In this document: piece after piece, positions 31,639 through 32,093 of the stretch
Layout: every line of letters begins with the position of its first letter
Position numbering within the stretch: position 1 is the stretch's first letter
Virus record (IMG/VR): IMGVR_UViG_3300045988_175223
Reading direction: 5' to 3' (one strand)
Source of the DNA: a virus
Length of the DNA stretch: 32,093 nucleotides
Notes under the pieces: model-generated
What the model was told of the DNA's origin: nothing
The model's database searches: none
Seen by the model: the letters and a program-made list of their open reading frames with translations, nothing else
Position numbers and translations under genes: made by a program

Positions 31639-31902
31639 GTGATTGACAAGATGGTGAAGCGCCTGACGCCGGAGGAACGCCGTGCAAAGGCAAGTTACAT
31701 CCGCGAAACTAAAGCGATGGGGCTTAAGTTTACGGCAATTTTGGATGTGCTTGCCGATGAGGATGTGCATACAAATGCAAGCGATCTTTCGGGCTATCTG
31801 GGCGGCTATAAAACCGGGCCGAAGCAAGATTATGTGCTTACCCGCGCGGAGCAGATATGCAGAGACTATCGCAAAAACTTCATGAGCAAATTTTCACTGT
31901 AA
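31639..31902 (+). CDS. Hypothetical protein, 87 aa from GTG 31639 (or 83 aa from ATG 31651)
   Basis: AGCGAGGTG RBS 7 nt before GTG; first gene behind the consensus promoter and ahead of the LRR-like gene. Confidence 0.45.
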   Translation: MIDKMVKRLTPEERRAKASYIRETKAMGLKFTAILDVLADEDVHTNASDLSGYLGGYKTGPKQDYVLTRAEQICRDYRKNFMSKFSL

Positions 31903-31914
31903 AAGGAGGCAGCA

Positions 31915-32093
31915 ATGAGCAATATGGACAAACTAAACCCCAACCCCACCCTCAAAGAACTTAACAAAATGATGAAAGCGAACGGCGGCAATCTCGACCT
32001 CAGAGGCACGGCGATAACCTCTCTGCCCGATAATCTTACCGTAGGCGGCTGGCTCGACCTCGAAGGCACGGCGATAACCTCTCTGCCCGATAA
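31915..32093 (+). CDS. N-terminal part of the same LRR-like repeat gene (MSNMDKLNPNPTLKELNKMMKAN then repeats); continues at nt 1.
   Basis: ATG at 31915, 7 nt after AAAGGAGG. Reading frame is continuous with frame 1 at nt 1 when the 110-nt terminal overlap is collapsed. Confidence 0.7.
   Translation, partial: MSNMDKLNPNPTLKELNKMMKANGGNLDLRGTAITSLPDNLTVGGWLDLEGTAITSLPD

Noticed and set aside
1-32093. tRNA, rRNA, CRISPR, integrase and att-site search
   Set aside because: No cloverleaf-like conserved tRNA boxes, no rRNA-like segments, no regular repeat-spacer array and no tyrosine integrase or intact serine integrase were seen. Attachment sites cannot be identified without host flanks.

Overview
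The window reads as a complete siphovirus-like phage or prophage genome of about 32 kb, probably from a Firmicutes host. It is written circularly permuted: the last 110 nt (31984-32093) are identical to nt 1-110, so the record is likely circular or terminally redundant with a true length near 31983 bp. The evidence for a Firmicutes host is AGGAGG-type ribosome-binding sites, three perfect TTGACA-17-TATAAT promoters and tightly coupled genes.

Gene order on the + strand:
- A wrap-around moron, 31915 -> 924: a protein built of 20-residue leucine-rich-repeat-like (LRR-like) units in which only three codons per unit vary, followed by a small XRE-family regulator.
- A replication and recombination module, 1.9-8.8 kb: a Cas4-like PD-(D/E)XK nuclease, SSB, an ERCC4-type nuclease, an ASCH/DUF3850 protein, a CHC2 zinc-finger protein and a DUF927 Walker-A helicase.
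- A non-coding region with GGTTACAT repeats, then a terminase-small-subunit-like gene followed by an array of about 14 GCGACTAT repeats.
- A 3.8-kb mosaic insert between the small and large terminase genes: a GC-rich hairpin field, a self-contained unit of minus-strand promoter, 24-aa hydrophobic peptide and terminator, three minus-strand genes (one frameshifted), a further minus-strand gene whose start is split by an A7 run, a truncated large serine recombinase under a consensus promoter, and a GNAT acetyltransferase.
- TerL, a Com-like zinc-ribbon ORF, portal, scaffold and major capsid protein (an SPP1-like head module).
- Connector and tail genes, including a gpG/gpGT pair with an A AAA AAC -1 frameshift site, the tape measure protein and distal tail proteins.
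- A lysis cassette: two small membrane proteins and an NlpC/P60 endolysin with a peptidoglycan-binding domain.
- A truncated Bro-N remnant on the minus strand, a metallophosphoesterase and a DUF3310 protein.

No tRNA, rRNA, CRISPR array or intact integrase was found. Several genes look decayed or frameshifted, which points either to a degenerating prophage or to homopolymer sequencing errors.
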